Below, piece by piece: positions 18,654 through 33,255 of a DNA stretch of 64,000 nt. Below the pieces are notes generated by a model that was given only the letters and a program-made list of their open reading frames with translations, had not been told where the DNA came from and ran no database searches. Source of the stretch: Gammaproteobacteria bacterium (GTDB taxonomy: Bacteria > Pseudomonadota > Gammaproteobacteria > JAKDMP01); assembly GCA_049581885.1 (NCBI GenBank), contig JBAUSV010000014.1, positions 20,872-84,871 of the forward strand, written 5' to 3'. Position numbers and translations under genes: made by a program. Position 1 is the first letter of the stretch; every line of letters begins with the position of its first letter.

Positions 18654-19756
18654 GTGTCCAAACCAGCCATACTTGTCCTGGAAGACGGTACCAGCTTCCG
18701 GGGCGTGTCGTTCGGTGCGCCCGGCTGTGCGGTAGGAGAGGTCGTGTTCAACACGGCGATGTCGGGCTACCAGGAAATACTGACCGACCCGTCCTATGCC
18801 CGCCAACTGGTCTGCCTGACTGCTTCCCATGTCGGCAATGTCGGTGTCAACGCTGCCGACATGGAATCGGACCGCATTCATACCGAGGGCCTGATCGTGC
18901 GCGCGGCCTCGCCCGAACCGTCAAGCTGGCGGGCGGAAGGGTCGCTGAATGAATGCCTGACTGCCGCCGGCCGTCCCGCCATTGCAGAAATCGATACCCG
19001 GCGCCTGACGCGGCACCTGCGCACCCGGGGGGCGCTTAGCGGGTGCCTGGCGACCGGCATGGACGAATCCGAAGCGCTGGTGCGGGCCCGCGAATTCCCC
19101 GGCCTGCTGGGCATGGATCTGGCCGCCGCGGTCAGCTGCGATAAACCCTATACCTGGGACGAGGCGCCGTGGGATAGCGAGCTCGCGCCGGCGCGTTTCC
19201 GCGTCGTGGTGTACGACTTCGGAGTCAAGCGCAACATCCTGCGCTGCCTGGTAGGTCACGGGTGCAGCGTCGAAGTGGTACCGGCGAAGACTCCCGCCGC
19301 CGATGCGCTGGCCATGAAGCCGGACGGTATCCTATTGTCCAATGGTCCGGGTGATCCCGATGCCGCTGTGTATGCGATAGACACGGCCCGCGAGTTGCTT
19401 GAATCGGGTATTCCGATCCTGGGCATCTGTCTTGGCCATCAGCTCTTGGGATTGGCCAGCGGCGCGAAGACGGTCAAGACCAAGTTCGGTCATCACGGTG
19501 CCAATCATCCCGTGCTCGATCTCGATACCCGGCAGGTCTGGATTTCGAGCCAGAATCACGGCTTTGCCGTCGATGCTGACAGCCTGCCGGATACGCTGCG
19601 TACCACGCACGTCTCGCTGTTCGATGACACGCTACAGGGCATGATTCGCACCGACACGCCCGCCATCGGTTTCCAGGGCCACCCCGAGGCGAGCCCCGGG
19701 CCGCACGATGTGTTGCCCATCTTCGAACGTTTTGTCAGTCTCATGGAGTCCAACTG

Positions 19757-19757
<1 letters not shown>
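18654..19757 (+). CDS. carA: Carbamoyl-phosphate synthase small (glutamine amidotransferase) subunit
   Basis: GTG start; GATase class I motifs ('GICLGHQLL') and a CarA N-terminal domain. Confidence 0.93.
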
Positions 19758-22971
<3,214 letters not shown>

Positions 22972-22975
<4 letters not shown>

Positions 22976-23448
22976 ACCGTGTTCCATTGACGGTACGCGG
23001 CGCCGGACTGCTGCGCTCTGAACTCAAGCGGCTGAAAAGCCGGGATCGCCCGCAGGTGGTGACCGCGATTGCCGAAGCCCGTGCCCATGGCGATTTGAAG
23101 GAAAACGCCGAATACCATGCGGCGAAGGAGCAGCAGGGCTTTATCGAGGCACGCATCCGCGATATCGAGGGCAAATTGTCGCAGGCCGAAATCATCGATG
23201 TGACACGACTTAATCGCACTGGGCGTGTGGTGTTCGGCGTGACAGTGGTGGTGGCCGATGTGGAGTCCGGTGAAGAGCATACCTACCAGATCGTGGGCGA
23301 AGACGAAGCCAACATCAAGGAAGGCCGCATTTCCGTGAGTTCGCCGTTGGCACGAGCCCTGATTGCGCATGGCGAAGGCGATGAGGTGCATTTGGCGACG
23401 CCGGGTGGCGAGCGCGACGTGGAGATTGTCGCTGTCCGTTACGAATGA
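22972..23448 (+). CDS. greA: Transcription elongation factor GreA
   Basis: '[13 protein letters not shown]...[16 protein letters not shown]' is the GreA coiled-coil plus FKBP-like domain. The ATG at 22972 has better RBS spacing than the one at 22966. Confidence 0.9.
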
Positions 23449-24071
23449 CATCGAAGCGTGGCAATAAATCCAGACGCTGGGCTGCGGCGCAGACGCGTGA
23501 TCCCTGGGTGCGCAAGGCTCGTGCACAGGGTCTGCCGGCGCGTTCGGCCTTCAAGCTTGAAGAGGTCATTCAGCGTTTCAAGTTGCTGAGTGCAGGGCAG
23601 ACGATACTGGAACTGGGTTCGGCACCGGGTGGCTGGACCCGGTTGGCCGTCAGGGCGGTTGGCAACTCCGGGCAGGTGGTTGGTATCGATCTGCTGGAGA
23701 TGGAGCCGGTGCCCGGGGCTACCCTTCTGATCGGCGATCTGTGCGACGAAAACGATTGCGCACGGGTGCTGGAAGTGCTGGGAAGGCCAGCGGATGTTGT
23801 ACTTTGCGATATTGCCCCCAACATAACCGGTATACGTGAGGTGGATGAGGCCCATCAGGCTGAACTGGCTGCGGTGGCGAGCGATATGGCGGCTACGGCG
23901 CTGAAATCCGGAGGCGCCTTTTTGATCAAGGCCTTCGAGGGCGAGGCCAGCACCGAGTTGCGGCAGCGCCTGAAGCGTGAATATGCCACGGTAAAGCGCC
24001 TGAAACCGGCGGCATCGCGGGCGCAGAGCAGCGAATTTTACCTGTTGGCGCAAGGCCTTAAGGGGCGTTGA
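23445..24071 (+). CDS. rlmE: 23S rRNA (uridine2552-2'-O)-methyltransferase RlmE (FtsJ)
   Basis: 'RSAFKLEEV...[10 protein letters not shown]' FtsJ motifs, immediately upstream of ftsH. Confidence 0.9.
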   Translation: MTSKRGNKSRRWAAAQTRDPWVRKARAQGLPARSAFKLEEVIQRFKLLSAGQTILELGSAPGGWTRLAVRAVGNSGQVVGIDLLEMEPVPGATLLIGDLCDENDCARVLEVLGRPADVVLCDIAPNITGIREVDEAHQAELAAVASDMAATALKSGGAFLIKAFEGEASTELRQRLKREYATVKRLKPAASRAQSSEFYLLAQGLKGR

Positions 24072-24173
24072 AGGCTCGCGTCAGAGCGTTCGGCGCTGTA
24101 TAGTGGAAGTCAAACCCGAATGGGTCGCACATTCCCCGGATCGCCCGGTGCAGGGCAGGGGTAAGAGGACACA

Positions 24174-26114
24174 GTGAAATTTAACGAAATCTGGAAACAA
24201 GCTCTTATTTGGGGCATCATCATCATCGCGTTGATATTTATTTTCAACGCTTTCCGGCCGAGTCCGCCGGAAGCGAAAAAACTGGCGTATTCGGCGTTTC
24301 TTGCCGATGTGACCAGTGGCAATGTCGGTTCGGTTACCTTCGAGAAGAACAATATCAGCGGCGTGCTGACCTCGGGCCAGAAGTTCGAGACTTATAGCCC
24401 GGACAGCGTTCATACGGGTTTGGTCGCGACGCTGGTCAAGAACAATGTCGAGGTGAATGCCGAGCCGCCGAAGCAGCCTTCGTTGTTCATGCGCATCCTG
24501 CTGAGTTGGGGGCCATGGATATTGATCATTGCAATCTGGATATTCCTGATGCGCCATCTCATGCAGGGCGCAAGCGGCGGGCGCGGTGCAATGTCGTTCG
24601 GCAAGAGCAAGGCCCGGCTGATGACCGAGGAGCAGATCAAGGTGACCTTTGCCGACGTGGCCGGCGTGGAAGAGGCCAAGGACGAAGTCTCGGAGCTGGT
24701 CGAATTTCTGCGTGATCCGGGCAAGTTCCAGCGTCTGGGCGGGCGCATTCCCAAGGGCGTGCTCATGGTGGGCGCGCCGGGCACCGGCAAGACGCTGCTG
24801 GCGCGGGCCATTGCGGGCGAGGCCAAGGTGCCGTTCTTCTCGATTTCGGGCTCAGACTTTGTGGAAATGTTTGTCGGTGTGGGCGCGAGCCGCGTACGAG
24901 ACATGTTCGAGCAGGCCAAAAAGCACGCGCCGTGCATCATATTCATTGACGAAATCGATGCTGTTGGCCGCCACCGCGGCGCGGGGCTCGGCGGTGGTCA
25001 CGACGAGCGCGAGCAGACGCTGAATCAGTTGTTGGTGGAAATGGACGGTTTCGAGGGTACCGAAGGCGTGATCGTGATCGCCGCTACCAATCGTCCCGAC
25101 GTGCTCGATCCGGCGCTGTTGCGCCCTGGCCGTTTCGATCGTCAGGTTGTCGTGCCCCTGCCCGATGTGCGCGGCCGCGAACAGATACTCAAGGTGCACA
25201 TGCGCAAACTGCCGCTGGCCGACGACGTGCAACCGATGATCATCGCCCGCGGGACGCCCGGCTTTTCGGGAGCGGACTTAGCGAACCTGACCAACGAGGC
25301 AGCACTGATCGCCGCACGCGGCAACCGGCGTGCCGTCGCGATGGAGGAGTTCGAGCGCGCCAAGGACAAGATCATGATGGGCGCCGAGCGCCGCTCCATG
25401 GCGATGAGCGAAGAGGAGAAACGCCGTACCGCCTTTCATGAAGCGGGGCATGCGATCGTGGGGCTCTCCGTGCCTGAACACGACCCGGTGTACAAGGTGA
25501 CGATCATTCCGCGTGGCCGGGCTCTGGGTGTGACCATGTTTCTGCCCGAAGAGGATCGCTACAGTGCGAGCAAGCAGCGCCTGAACAGCCAGCTTGCAAG
25601 TCTGTTCGGCGGGCGTCTGGCCGAGGAAATCGTGTTCGGCCCGGATAATGTCACCACCGGTGCCTCGAATGACATCGAACGGGCTACCGAGATCGCCCGC
25701 AACATGGTGACTCGTTGGGGCCTGTCCGAAAAGCTGGGGCCATTGTCCTATACCGAGGAAGACGACGAAGTATTCCTCGGCCGTTCGGTCACCCGGCACA
25801 AGCAGGTTTCTGACGAGACCGCGCACACCATCGACGAGGAAGTGCGCACCGTCATCGACACGGCCTACACTCGGGCTCGCAATATTCTCACCGAGCAGCG
25901 CGAGAAGCTCAATGCCATGGCTGAAGCGCTGATGCGCTACGAAACCATTGATGCGGGGCAGATTGCCGACATCATGGCCGGACGCAACCCACGAGAACCC
26001 AAGGACTGGACCGACCCCGGCGGTCCCACTGACGAGGTTTCGGATCCGGCGGCGGATAAGAGTGGCGGACGCGAGTCGGGTGGGACGCTTGGTGATCCTG
26101 CGAATCAACATTAG
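24174..26114 (+). CDS. ftsH: ATP-dependent zinc metalloprotease FtsH
   Basis: GTG start with an AAGAGGA RBS; AAA+ Walker motifs; an 'HEAGHA' zinc site; near-identical blocks to E. coli FtsH. Confidence 0.97.
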   Translation: MKFNEIWKQALIWGIIIIALIFIFNAFRPSPPEAKKLAYSAFLADVTSGNVGSVTFEKNNISGVLTSGQKFETYSPDSVHTGLVATLVKNNVEVNAEPPKQPSLFMRILLSWGPWILIIAIWIFLMRHLMQGASGGRGAMSFGKSKARLMTEEQIKVTFADVAGVEEAKDEVSELVEFLRDPGKFQRLGGRIPKGVLMVGAPGTGKTLLARAIAGEAKVPFFSISGSDFVEMFVGVGASRVRDMFEQAKKHAPCIIFIDEIDAVGRHRGAGLGGGHDEREQTLNQLLVEMDGFEGTEGVIVIAATNRPDVLDPALLRPGRFDRQVVVPLPDVRGREQILKVHMRKLPLADDVQPMIIARGTPGFSGADLANLTNEAALIAARGNRRAVAMEEFERAKDKIMMGAERRSMAMSEEEKRRTAFHEAGHAIVGLSVPEHDPVYKVTIIPRGRALGVTMFLPEEDRYSASKQRLNSQLASLFGGRLAEEIVFGPDNVTTGASNDIERATEIARNMVTRWGLSEKLGPLSYTEEDDEVFLGRSVTRHKQVSDETAHTIDEEVRTVIDTAYTRARNILTEQREKLNAMAEALMRYETIDAGQIADIMAGRNPREPKDWTDPGGPTDEVSDPAADKSGGRESGGTLGDPANQH

Positions 26115-26218
26115 GGTGCTGAAAAGCTACTGCGCTCTAGTCACGCCCATCTGCCTTCGCTCGCTACGCTTTTCAGCAGCCTGTTAATCTTGATGTATTG
26201 CGTCTTCGAGACTGTGAC

Positions 26219-27103
26219 ATGACGCTAGCCAGGGCTTCTGCTTGGGCACCCCAGGTACAGTGGCGAAACGGGGGGCTGGAATTCGACGCTCCGCGTGTGA
26301 TGGGGGTGCTTAATATCACCCCGGACTCCTTTTCCGACGGCGGCCGTTTCCTGGAGCCCGAAGCGGCTGTGGGGCATGCGTGTGCGATGGTTGAGGCAGG
26401 TGCCGCGATCATCGACATCGGCGCCGAATCGACACGGCCGGGCGCGTCACCGGTATCCGCATCCGAAGAGCTCGATCGTTTGTTGCCGGTACTGGAACGC
26501 CTTGTTTCAGAACTCAAGGTGCCGATTTCGGTCGATACCAGCAAGGCCGAGGTGATTACGGCCGTCACGGCTTCGGGCGCTAGCCTCATTAACGATGTGT
26601 ATGCCCTGCGGGCTCCGGGCGCGCTCGAAGCTGCGGCGGCAGCGGAGTGCGCGATTTGCCTGATGCACATGCAAGGCGAACCGCGCACCATGCAGATCGC
26701 TCCTCATTACGACGATGTAGTGGGCGAAGTCTGCGATTTTCTCGAAGCGCGTGCTAATGCCTGCGAGGATGTCGGTATCGCCCGCGATCATCTGCTGCTT
26801 GATCCGGGCTTCGGTTTCGGCAAAACGAGTGCGCACAATCTGTCGCTGCTGCGTCATCTTCCCGAACTGCTGGACCTGGGCTATCCTGTGCTGGTGGGGT
26901 TCTCGCGCAAGTCGATGATCGGCGAGTTGAGCGGCGTGATGGATCCCGAGGCCCGCTTGGCAGGGTCGCTGGCGGCCGCTTCGCTGGCCGTCTGGCTGGG
27001 AGCGAGTATGGTGCGCGTGCATGATGTGACCGCTACCGTCGAGGCACTGAGCATTATTCACGCGGCCAGGAGTCTGTCGGACTCCTCTAGGAGGCAAGCA
27101 TGA
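26219..27103 (+). CDS. folP: Dihydropteroate synthase
   Basis: Pterin-binding domain ('MGVLNITPDSFSDGG'). The start could be ATG at 26198 or 26219. Confidence 0.88.
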   Translation: MTLARASAWAPQVQWRNGGLEFDAPRVMGVLNITPDSFSDGGRFLEPEAAVGHACAMVEAGAAIIDIGAESTRPGASPVSASEELDRLLPVLERLVSELKVPISVDTSKAEVITAVTASGASLINDVYALRAPGALEAAAAAECAICLMHMQGEPRTMQIAPHYDDVVGEVCDFLEARANACEDVGIARDHLLLDPGFGFGKTSAHNLSLLRHLPELLDLGYPVLVGFSRKSMIGELSGVMDPEARLAGSLAAASLAVWLGASMVRVHDVTATVEALSIIHAARSLSDSSRRQA

Positions 27104-28461
27104 GCGACAACGGTCCACGTCAGTGGTTCGGTACGGATGGCATCCGTGGCCGGGTAGGTGAGCCGCCGCTCACGCCCGAGTTTGTTCTGCGTCTGGCGTG
27201 GGCGGCGGCACACGTGCTGAATCATGGGGAGGGCGGGGGGCTGGCCGTGGTGGGCAAGGACACGCGGCGTTCCGGTTACATGTACGAATCGGCTCTTGAA
27301 GCCGGTTTTTCGGCTGCCGGCATGGACAGCCGCCTGCTCGGTCCGGTGCCGACGCCGGCCGTGGCCTACCTCACCCGCACGTTTCGCGCCAACGTCGGGG
27401 TGGTCATCAGTGCCTCGCACAATCCCTATCAGGACAATGGCATCAAGTTTTTCGGCCCCGACGGACGCAAGCTGGACGATGCGACCGAGCACGCGATAGA
27501 AGCAGCGCTGGCATCTGAACGCCTGGTGGCCGATCCCGAGCGCATTGGGCGTGCCAGGCGGGTTGAGGACGCGCGTGGGCGCTATATCGAATTCTGCAAG
27601 GCTTCGGTGCCGCACGGGTTGTCACTGGCCGGGCTCAAACTGGTGCTCGATTGCGCCAATGGCGCAACCTACGCGGTAGCTGAGCACGTGTTCGCCGATC
27701 TTGGCGCCGAAACGGTGCTGGTGGCGGCGGAACCCAACGGCTTCAATATCAACGTCAATTGCGGTTCGACCTGCCCCGAAAATGTTGTGCAGGCGGTCAG
27801 GGATCACGTTGCCGACTACGGCCTGGCCTTTGACGGCGATGGTGATCGGGTGGTGGCGGTCGATGCCACGGGGCGCATTTTTGACGGCGACGATCTGCTT
27901 TATGTTATTGCCAGCGAGAGAGCCGCACGCGGCGTGCTGAACGGTCCCGTAGTGGGAACAGTGATGAGTAACATCGGCTTGGAACAGGCGCTTGCGGCCC
28001 GGGGGATTGCATTCGAGCGCGCGTCGGTCGGCGACCGGTATGTACTGGCGCGTATGAGCGAAGTCGGTGGTGACCTGGGGGGGGAAAGCTCGGGCCATAT
28101 CGTATGCCTCGATTCTTCGACCACTGGTGATGGCATCATTGCCGGGCTGGCGGTATTGGCGGCAACGGTGACGCACGGACGTTCCCTGGCCGAGCTGTGC
28201 GCGCCGTTGGTCAAACATCCTCAAGTGCTCAAGAACGTTACGATCAACGGGGCTGATAAAAGCACGGTATTAAGCGATGCTCGCCTGGAAGCTGCGGTAT
28301 CCGAAGTGGAGCGGCATCTGGCCGGCAATGGCCGGGTACTGTTGCGGGCTTCGGGGACTGAGGCGCTGATCCGCGTCATGGTGGAAGGCCCGGAGGTGGC
28401 ACTGACCGAAGTCTGTGCCGAGGAGATCGCCAATGTAGTTCGCCAAATCGCAGGCCCCTGA
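27100..28461 (+). CDS. glmM: Phosphoglucosamine mutase
   Basis: 'SASHNPYQDNGIKFF' active-site serine loop. There is a 4-nt overlap with folP. Confidence 0.93.
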   Translation: MSDNGPRQWFGTDGIRGRVGEPPLTPEFVLRLAWAAAHVLNHGEGGGLAVVGKDTRRSGYMYESALEAGFSAAGMDSRLLGPVPTPAVAYLTRTFRANVGVVISASHNPYQDNGIKFFGPDGRKLDDATEHAIEAALASERLVADPERIGRARRVEDARGRYIEFCKASVPHGLSLAGLKLVLDCANGATYAVAEHVFADLGAETVLVAAEPNGFNINVNCGSTCPENVVQAVRDHVADYGLAFDGDGDRVVAVDATGRIFDGDDLLYVIASERAARGVLNGPVVGTVMSNIGLEQALAARGIAFERASVGDRYVLARMSEVGGDLGGESSGHIVCLDSSTTGDGIIAGLAVLAATVTHGRSLAELCAPLVKHPQVLKNVTINGADKSTVLSDARLEAAVSEVERHLAGNGRVLLRASGTEALIRVMVEGPEVALTEVCAEEIANVVRQIAGP

Positions 28462-28557
28462 AGAGCTGTCGGCTTTTCAGGGGCCTGCGGGCATCCGAAA
28501 CATTGATTTGAGGCCGCCGCGTCGATAAAATGGCGTGTTTTCTGCCCAAGTTTCCTG

Positions 28558-29331
28558 ATGCGTACCCCACTCGTTGTCGCCAACTGGAAGATGCATGGCC
28601 GCGCTGCCGCGCTCGAGGCCTATGTCTCCGGGCTCGCTTCGGGGTTGGCGGAGGTGGGTAACGTGCAGTGTGTGGTGTGCCCTCCGCTGCCATACTTGCG
28701 GGCTCTGGGAGTCCAGTTGGGTGAGACAGTGCTGGGTGAACGGGTAGAACTGGGTGCGCAGGATTGTTCCGCTGCGGCCGAAGACGGAGCCTATACCGGC
28801 GAAGTTGCTGCGGCCATGCTGGCCGAGGTGGGATGCCGTCGGGTTATCGTCGGACATTCGGAGCGCAGGCAACGACAGGGCGAGACGGATGCCGTGGTAG
28901 CGGCCAAGTTCGAGGCCGCGCTGGCTGCGGGACTTGCGCCCGTGCTGTGCGTAGGCGAAACGGAGGAGCAGCGGCAGGCAGGCAATGCCGAGGCGTGTGT
29001 AGGTACGCAGCTCGATGCCGTACTGAAGCGGGTCGGTGGCGACCGCCTGGCACTGGGTGCCGTGGCGTATGAGCCGATCTGGGCCATCGGTTCCGGGGAA
29101 TCGGCTACACCGGCGGTAGCCGAGTACATGCACCGCATGCTACGCCAGCGCATTGCGGCGCAGTCGGATGCGGCGGCAGAGACCGTTTGCATTCTTTATG
29201 GGGGCAGTGTCAAACCTGACAATGCCGCCGAATTTTTTGCCGAGCCGGATATTGATGGAGCCCTGGTAGGGGGGGCCTCACTGGATCCGGCCGCTTTTTG
29301 CGCCATTGCGGCGGCGGCACGAGCCGTCTGA
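28558..29331 (+). CDS. tpiA: Triose-phosphate isomerase
   Basis: 'VVANWKMHG...', 'GHSERR' and 'AYEPIWAIGSG' motifs. Confidence 0.93.
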   Translation: MRTPLVVANWKMHGRAAALEAYVSGLASGLAEVGNVQCVVCPPLPYLRALGVQLGETVLGERVELGAQDCSAAAEDGAYTGEVAAAMLAEVGCRRVIVGHSERRQRQGETDAVVAAKFEAALAAGLAPVLCVGETEEQRQAGNAEACVGTQLDAVLKRVGGDRLALGAVAYEPIWAIGSGESATPAVAEYMHRMLRQRIAAQSDAAAETVCILYGGSVKPDNAAEFFAEPDIDGALVGGASLDPAAFCAIAAAARAV

Positions 29332-29348
29332 TACAACCGGGGATAGAC

Positions 29349-29735
29349 ATGCTGTTTTCCATTCTTATTGCGTTAATGGTGCTGCTCGGCATCATTCTGA
29401 TCGTGCTCATTCTGCTGCATCAGGGCAAGGGTGCCGATGCTGGGGCCCAGTTCGGCAGCGGCGCTTCGGGCACGGTGTTCGGCTCGCGCGGCTCCTCATC
29501 GTTCTTGACACGCACCATTGGCGTGCTGATGACGCTATTCGTAGTGCTTGCGCTGGTCATGGTATGGCTTGCACGGCATGGTGCCGTACATACCAACAGT
29601 GTCATGGCTGCCGCGGGGGCGCCAGCCAGTGCCTCGGCTGCAAAGGCTTCAACGACCGCAACACCGGGTGCAATGACGCATGTACCAGCGCAACCAGCGG
29701 CAAGTAGCCGGCCGCCGGCTGCGGCAACCAAGTAA
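29349..29735 (+). CDS. secG: Preprotein translocase subunit SecG
   Basis: 'MLFSILIALMVLLGIILIVLILLHQGKGAD' is a SecG N-terminus. The ORF-track start at 29298 is an over-extension. Confidence 0.85.
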   Translation: MLFSILIALMVLLGIILIVLILLHQGKGADAGAQFGSGASGTVFGSRGSSSFLTRTIGVLMTLFVVLALVMVWLARHGAVHTNSVMAAAGAPASASAAKASTTATPGAMTHVPAQPAASSRPPAAATK

Positions 29736-29778
29736 AATGAGATATTCGAATCCACACTCACGGATTCAACGCAATATT

Positions 29779-29863
29779 GCGGATGTGGTGGAATTGGTAG
29801 ACACGCTGTCTTGAGGGGGCAGTGGCTCACGCCGTGCCGGTTCGACTCCGGCCATCCGCACCA
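29779..29863 (+). tRNA. tRNA-Leu (anticodon GAG), class II with long variable arm, CCA encoded
   Basis: Near-identical in arms to E. coli tRNA-Leu(GAG). The acceptor stem GCGGATG/CATCCGC, the anticodon stem CTGTC/GGCAG with loop TTGAGGG, a long variable arm and a TTCGACTCC T-loop all fold as expected. Confidence 0.85.
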
Positions 29864-29870
29864 ATTCGAC

Positions 29871-29896
29871 AACCGGCTGCTCGCAGCCGGTTATAC
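29871..29896 (+). terminator. Hairpin after tRNA-Leu (weak terminator/processing signal)
   Basis: AACCGGCTG-CTCG-CAGCCGGTT is a 9-bp stem, followed by the AT-rich TTATAC. Confidence 0.35.
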
Positions 29897-29975
29897 ACTC
29901 ACGGCACGGTTTGTTGCTCGAGGCAGCAATTTTTTCGTGCTGTAGAATAGACGGGATTGATTCGGCGCACAGCCC

Positions 29976-30332
29976 ATGCTTGAAAACTACCTCTCGGTAC
30001 TGATTTTCATTATTGCCGGTGCTGCGCTCGGCGCGGTGTTGATCGTGGCGGGCCTGTTGCTGGCGCCGCATCGCGCCGACGACGAAAAATACTCGCCCTA
30101 CGAATGCGGTTTCGAGGCTTTCGAGGACAGCCGCATCCGCTTCGATGTGCGTTATTACCTGGTGGCGATCCTGTTCATCATCTTCGATCTGGAGATTGCC
30201 TTCCTGTTTCCGTGGGCGGTCTCTATCAAGCATATTGGGATTTTCGGTCTGCTGGCAATGGCGGTGTTTCTGGGAGTGCTGATCGTGGGCTTTATCTACG
30301 AATGGAAGCGGGGAGCTCTGGAATGGGAATAG
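29976..30332 (+). CDS. nuoA: NADH-quinone oxidoreductase subunit A
   Basis: 118 aa with 3 TM and a 'YECGFE' motif. Confidence 0.93.
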   Translation: MLENYLSVLIFIIAGAALGAVLIVAGLLLAPHRADDEKYSPYECGFEAFEDSRIRFDVRYYLVAILFIIFDLEIAFLFPWAVSIKHIGIFGLLAMAVFLGVLIVGFIYEWKRGALEWE

Positions 30333-30799
30333 AGGGCGCGCTGCCGCAGGGCATGCTGACCACGACCGTGGACAAGGTCGTGAACTGGGCGCGGACCGGT
30401 TCGCTGTGGCCGATGACGTTTGGCCTGGCCTGCTGCGCGGTGGAGATGATGCATGCCGGTGCCGCACGTTATGATCTCGATCGTTTCGGCGTGATTTTCC
30501 GCCCCAGCCCGCGTCAATCCGACGTCATGATCGTGGCCGGTACGCTGGTCAACAAGATGGCCCCGGCGCTGCGCAAGGTCTACGATCAGATGGCCGAGCC
30601 GCGCTGGGTGATCTCCATGGGGTCGTGTGCCAATGGCGGCGGCTACTACCACTACTCGTATTCGGTCGTGCGTGGTTGCGACCGCATCGTACCCGTGGAT
30701 GTCTACGTGCCGGGGTGCCCGCCTTCTGCCGAGCAATTGCTCTATGGAGTGATTCAGTTGCAGAAGAAAATTCGTCGCACCAGCACGATTGCACGTTAA
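30323..30799 (+). CDS. nuoB: NADH-quinone oxidoreductase subunit B
   Basis: 'LACCAVEMM...[10 protein letters not shown]...VPGCPP' N2 cluster motifs. The ATG at 30323 follows a GGGAG RBS; the ORF-track start at 30104 is an over-extension. Confidence 0.93.
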   Translation: MGIEGALPQGMLTTTVDKVVNWARTGSLWPMTFGLACCAVEMMHAGAARYDLDRFGVIFRPSPRQSDVMIVAGTLVNKMAPALRKVYDQMAEPRWVISMGSCANGGGYYHYSYSVVRGCDRIVPVDVYVPGCPPSAEQLLYGVIQLQKKIRRTSTIAR

Positions 30800-30808
30800 G
30801 GCTGACTT

Positions 30809-31504
30809 ATGAGTGAAACGCTGGAAATACTGGCCACCGAGATCGGTGAACGTTCCCCCTCTCTGGAGCGGGTGGCATCCATCTGCGGCGAATTGACCTA
30901 TGAGGTGCCGGTCGCAGAATTGCTGGACGTCGCGGCAATTCTTCGCGACGAAGCCGTATTCCACTTCGAGCAACTGATCGACCTCTGCGGAGTGGATTAC
31001 CTCTCCTACGGCACCGACGAATGGCGCGGCGAGGGGGCGACGGCCACCGGTTTCTCGCGTGGCGTCGATCGGCAGTTACCGACCCGTATGTTGGGCGCAC
31101 CGCGGCGCTACGCTGTGGTGATTCACCTGCTGTCCATCGAGCATAATCGACGACTGCGTCTCAAGGCCTATTGTCCGGATGACGATTATCCGGTGTTGCC
31201 ATCACTCACCTCGATTTGGCCTTCGGCCAACTGGTTCGAGCGCGAAGCCTTCGATCTGTTCGGCATCCTGTTCGACGGTCATCCCGATCTGCGACGAATT
31301 CTGACCGACTACGGCTTTGTGGGTCACCCTTTCCGCAAGGATTTCCCGCTGTCTGGACATGTGGAAATGCGCTACGACCCCATCGAACGGCGGGTGGTGT
31401 ACGAACCGGTGAACATTACGCCGCGTGTCCTGGTGCCCCGCGTGATTCGCGATGACAGTCGCTATACGAATGTACTAACCGGTGTGAGGGCAGGCGATGA
31501 GTGA
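30809..31504 (+). CDS. nuoC: NADH-quinone oxidoreductase subunit C (unfused)
   Basis: 231-aa 30-kDa subunit, separate from nuoD. Confidence 0.93.
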   Translation: MSETLEILATEIGERSPSLERVASICGELTYEVPVAELLDVAAILRDEAVFHFEQLIDLCGVDYLSYGTDEWRGEGATATGFSRGVDRQLPTRMLGAPRRYAVVIHLLSIEHNRRLRLKAYCPDDDYPVLPSLTSIWPSANWFEREAFDLFGILFDGHPDLRRILTDYGFVGHPFRKDFPLSGHVEMRYDPIERRVVYEPVNITPRVLVPRVIRDDSRYTNVLTGVRAGDE

Positions 31505-32750
31505 ATTCCAGTCCTTCACGATGAATTTTGGCCCGCAGCATCCGGCGGCCCACGGCGTGTTGCGTCTGGTGCTGGAGATGGAAGGCGAGGTAATTTACAA
31601 GGTCGACCCGCACATCGGTCTGCTGCATCGCGCGACGGAAAAACTCGCCGAGAACAAGCCCTATAACCACTCGATCGGCTACATGGATCGGCTCGATTAC
31701 GTGTCGATGATGTGCAACGAGCATGCCTACGTGCTCGCGATCGAAAAGCTGCTAGGCATCGAGCCGCCGCTCAGGGCGCAGTACATCCGCGTCATGTTCG
31801 ACGAAATCACGCGTATTCTCAATCACCTGCTGTGGTTGGGCGCGCATGCGATGGATATCGGCGCCATGACGGTGTTTCTTTATTGCCTGCGCGAACGCGA
31901 AGACCTGATGGACTGCTACGAGGCAGTATCGGGCGCGCGCATGCATGCGACTTATTACCGTCCGGGTGGTGTGTACCGCGACCTGCCAGAGGTGATGCCG
32001 AAATACCTCGCCTCAAAGTGGCATAACGAGCGCGAAACGAAGATGCGCAACGAGTGGCGTGAAGGTTCGCTGCTCGACTTCATTGAGAATTTCACGGATC
32101 GGTTCCCGGCGCTGGTTGATGATTACGAGAGCCTGCTCACCGAGAACCGTATCTGGAAGCAGCGCACCGTAGGTATCGCCGTGGTCGAGCCGGAACGCGC
32201 CCTGGCGCTGGGGTTCACCGGGCCGATGATCCGCGGTTCCGGTATCGAATGGGATCTGCGCCGCACCCAGCCGTACGAAGTCTACGACGAGCTGGATTTC
32301 AAAATCCCGGTGGGTGTCAACGGTGACTGTTACGACCGTTACCTGGTGCGTGTTGAAGAGCTGCGCCAGTCTTGCCACATAGTCAGGCAGTGTGTCGACT
32401 GGCTGCGCAAGAATCCGGGGCCGACCATGCTGGCCGATGCCAAGGTGGATCCGCCCAAGCGCGAAGTCATGAAACGCGACATGGAGGCGCTGATTCATCA
32501 TTTCAAGCTGGCCACCGAAGGCTACAGCGTGCCCGCGGGCGAAGCCTATGCAGCGGTCGAAGCGCCCAAGGGCGAATTCGGAGCCTACATCGTGTCCGAC
32601 GGATCGAACAAGCCGTTCCGCCTTAAGTTGCGTGCGCCGGGGTTCGTGCATATGTCGGCACTGGATGAAATGACACGTGGCCACATGCTGGCCGATCTGG
32701 TGGCGATTATCGGCACCCAGGACATCGTATTCGGCGAGGTGGATCGATGA
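31497..32750 (+). CDS. nuoD: NADH-quinone oxidoreductase subunit D
   Basis: 417-aa 49-kDa subunit ('[16 protein letters not shown]'). Confidence 0.95.
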   Translation: MSEFQSFTMNFGPQHPAAHGVLRLVLEMEGEVIYKVDPHIGLLHRATEKLAENKPYNHSIGYMDRLDYVSMMCNEHAYVLAIEKLLGIEPPLRAQYIRVMFDEITRILNHLLWLGAHAMDIGAMTVFLYCLREREDLMDCYEAVSGARMHATYYRPGGVYRDLPEVMPKYLASKWHNERETKMRNEWREGSLLDFIENFTDRFPALVDDYESLLTENRIWKQRTVGIAVVEPERALALGFTGPMIRGSGIEWDLRRTQPYEVYDELDFKIPVGVNGDCYDRYLVRVEELRQSCHIVRQCVDWLRKNPGPTMLADAKVDPPKREVMKRDMEALIHHFKLATEGYSVPAGEAYAAVEAPKGEFGAYIVSDGSNKPFRLKLRAPGFVHMSALDEMTRGHMLADLVAIIGTQDIVFGEVDR

Positions 32751-33250
32751 TGGATCGTGAGCAGGCCGTAGCGGTGCTCGGAACGCACGCGTGCGAGGAA
32801 ATCGACAGCTGGGTTGCCAAGTTTCCGGAAGGGAAGCAGCGCGCGGCTTCGATCGCGGCACTCCGCGTCGTGCAGCACGAAAACAAGGGATATCTGACCG
32901 TCGAGTTGATGGATGCTGTTGCGGCGTATCTCGGCATGGAGCCGATCGCCGTGTACGAAGTGGCTACGTTCTATTCGATGCTGGAGACCAGCAAGGTCGG
33001 CCGGCACAGTGTGTCGGTATGCACCAACATTTCGTGCATGCTGTGCGGCGGCGAAGAGATACTGTCTCATGTGGAGCGCAAGCTCGGCATCAAGGTGGGT
33101 GAATCAACGCCCGACGGACGCATATTGCTCAAGCGAGAGGAAGAATGCTTGGCGGCCTGCAGCGCGGCGCCGATGATGATGGTGGACCATGTGTATTACA
33201 CCGATCTCACGCCCGAACGGGTAGACGAGATCCTGGACGGGCTGGAGTAG
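32747..33250 (+). CDS. nuoE: NADH-quinone oxidoreductase subunit E
   Basis: 24-kDa subunit with 2Fe-2S Cys motifs. Confidence 0.9.
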   Translation: MMDREQAVAVLGTHACEEIDSWVAKFPEGKQRAASIAALRVVQHENKGYLTVELMDAVAAYLGMEPIAVYEVATFYSMLETSKVGRHSVSVCTNISCMLCGGEEILSHVERKLGIKVGESTPDGRILLKREEECLAACSAAPMMMVDHVYYTDLTPERVDEILDGLE

Positions 33251-33255
33251 CTGGC

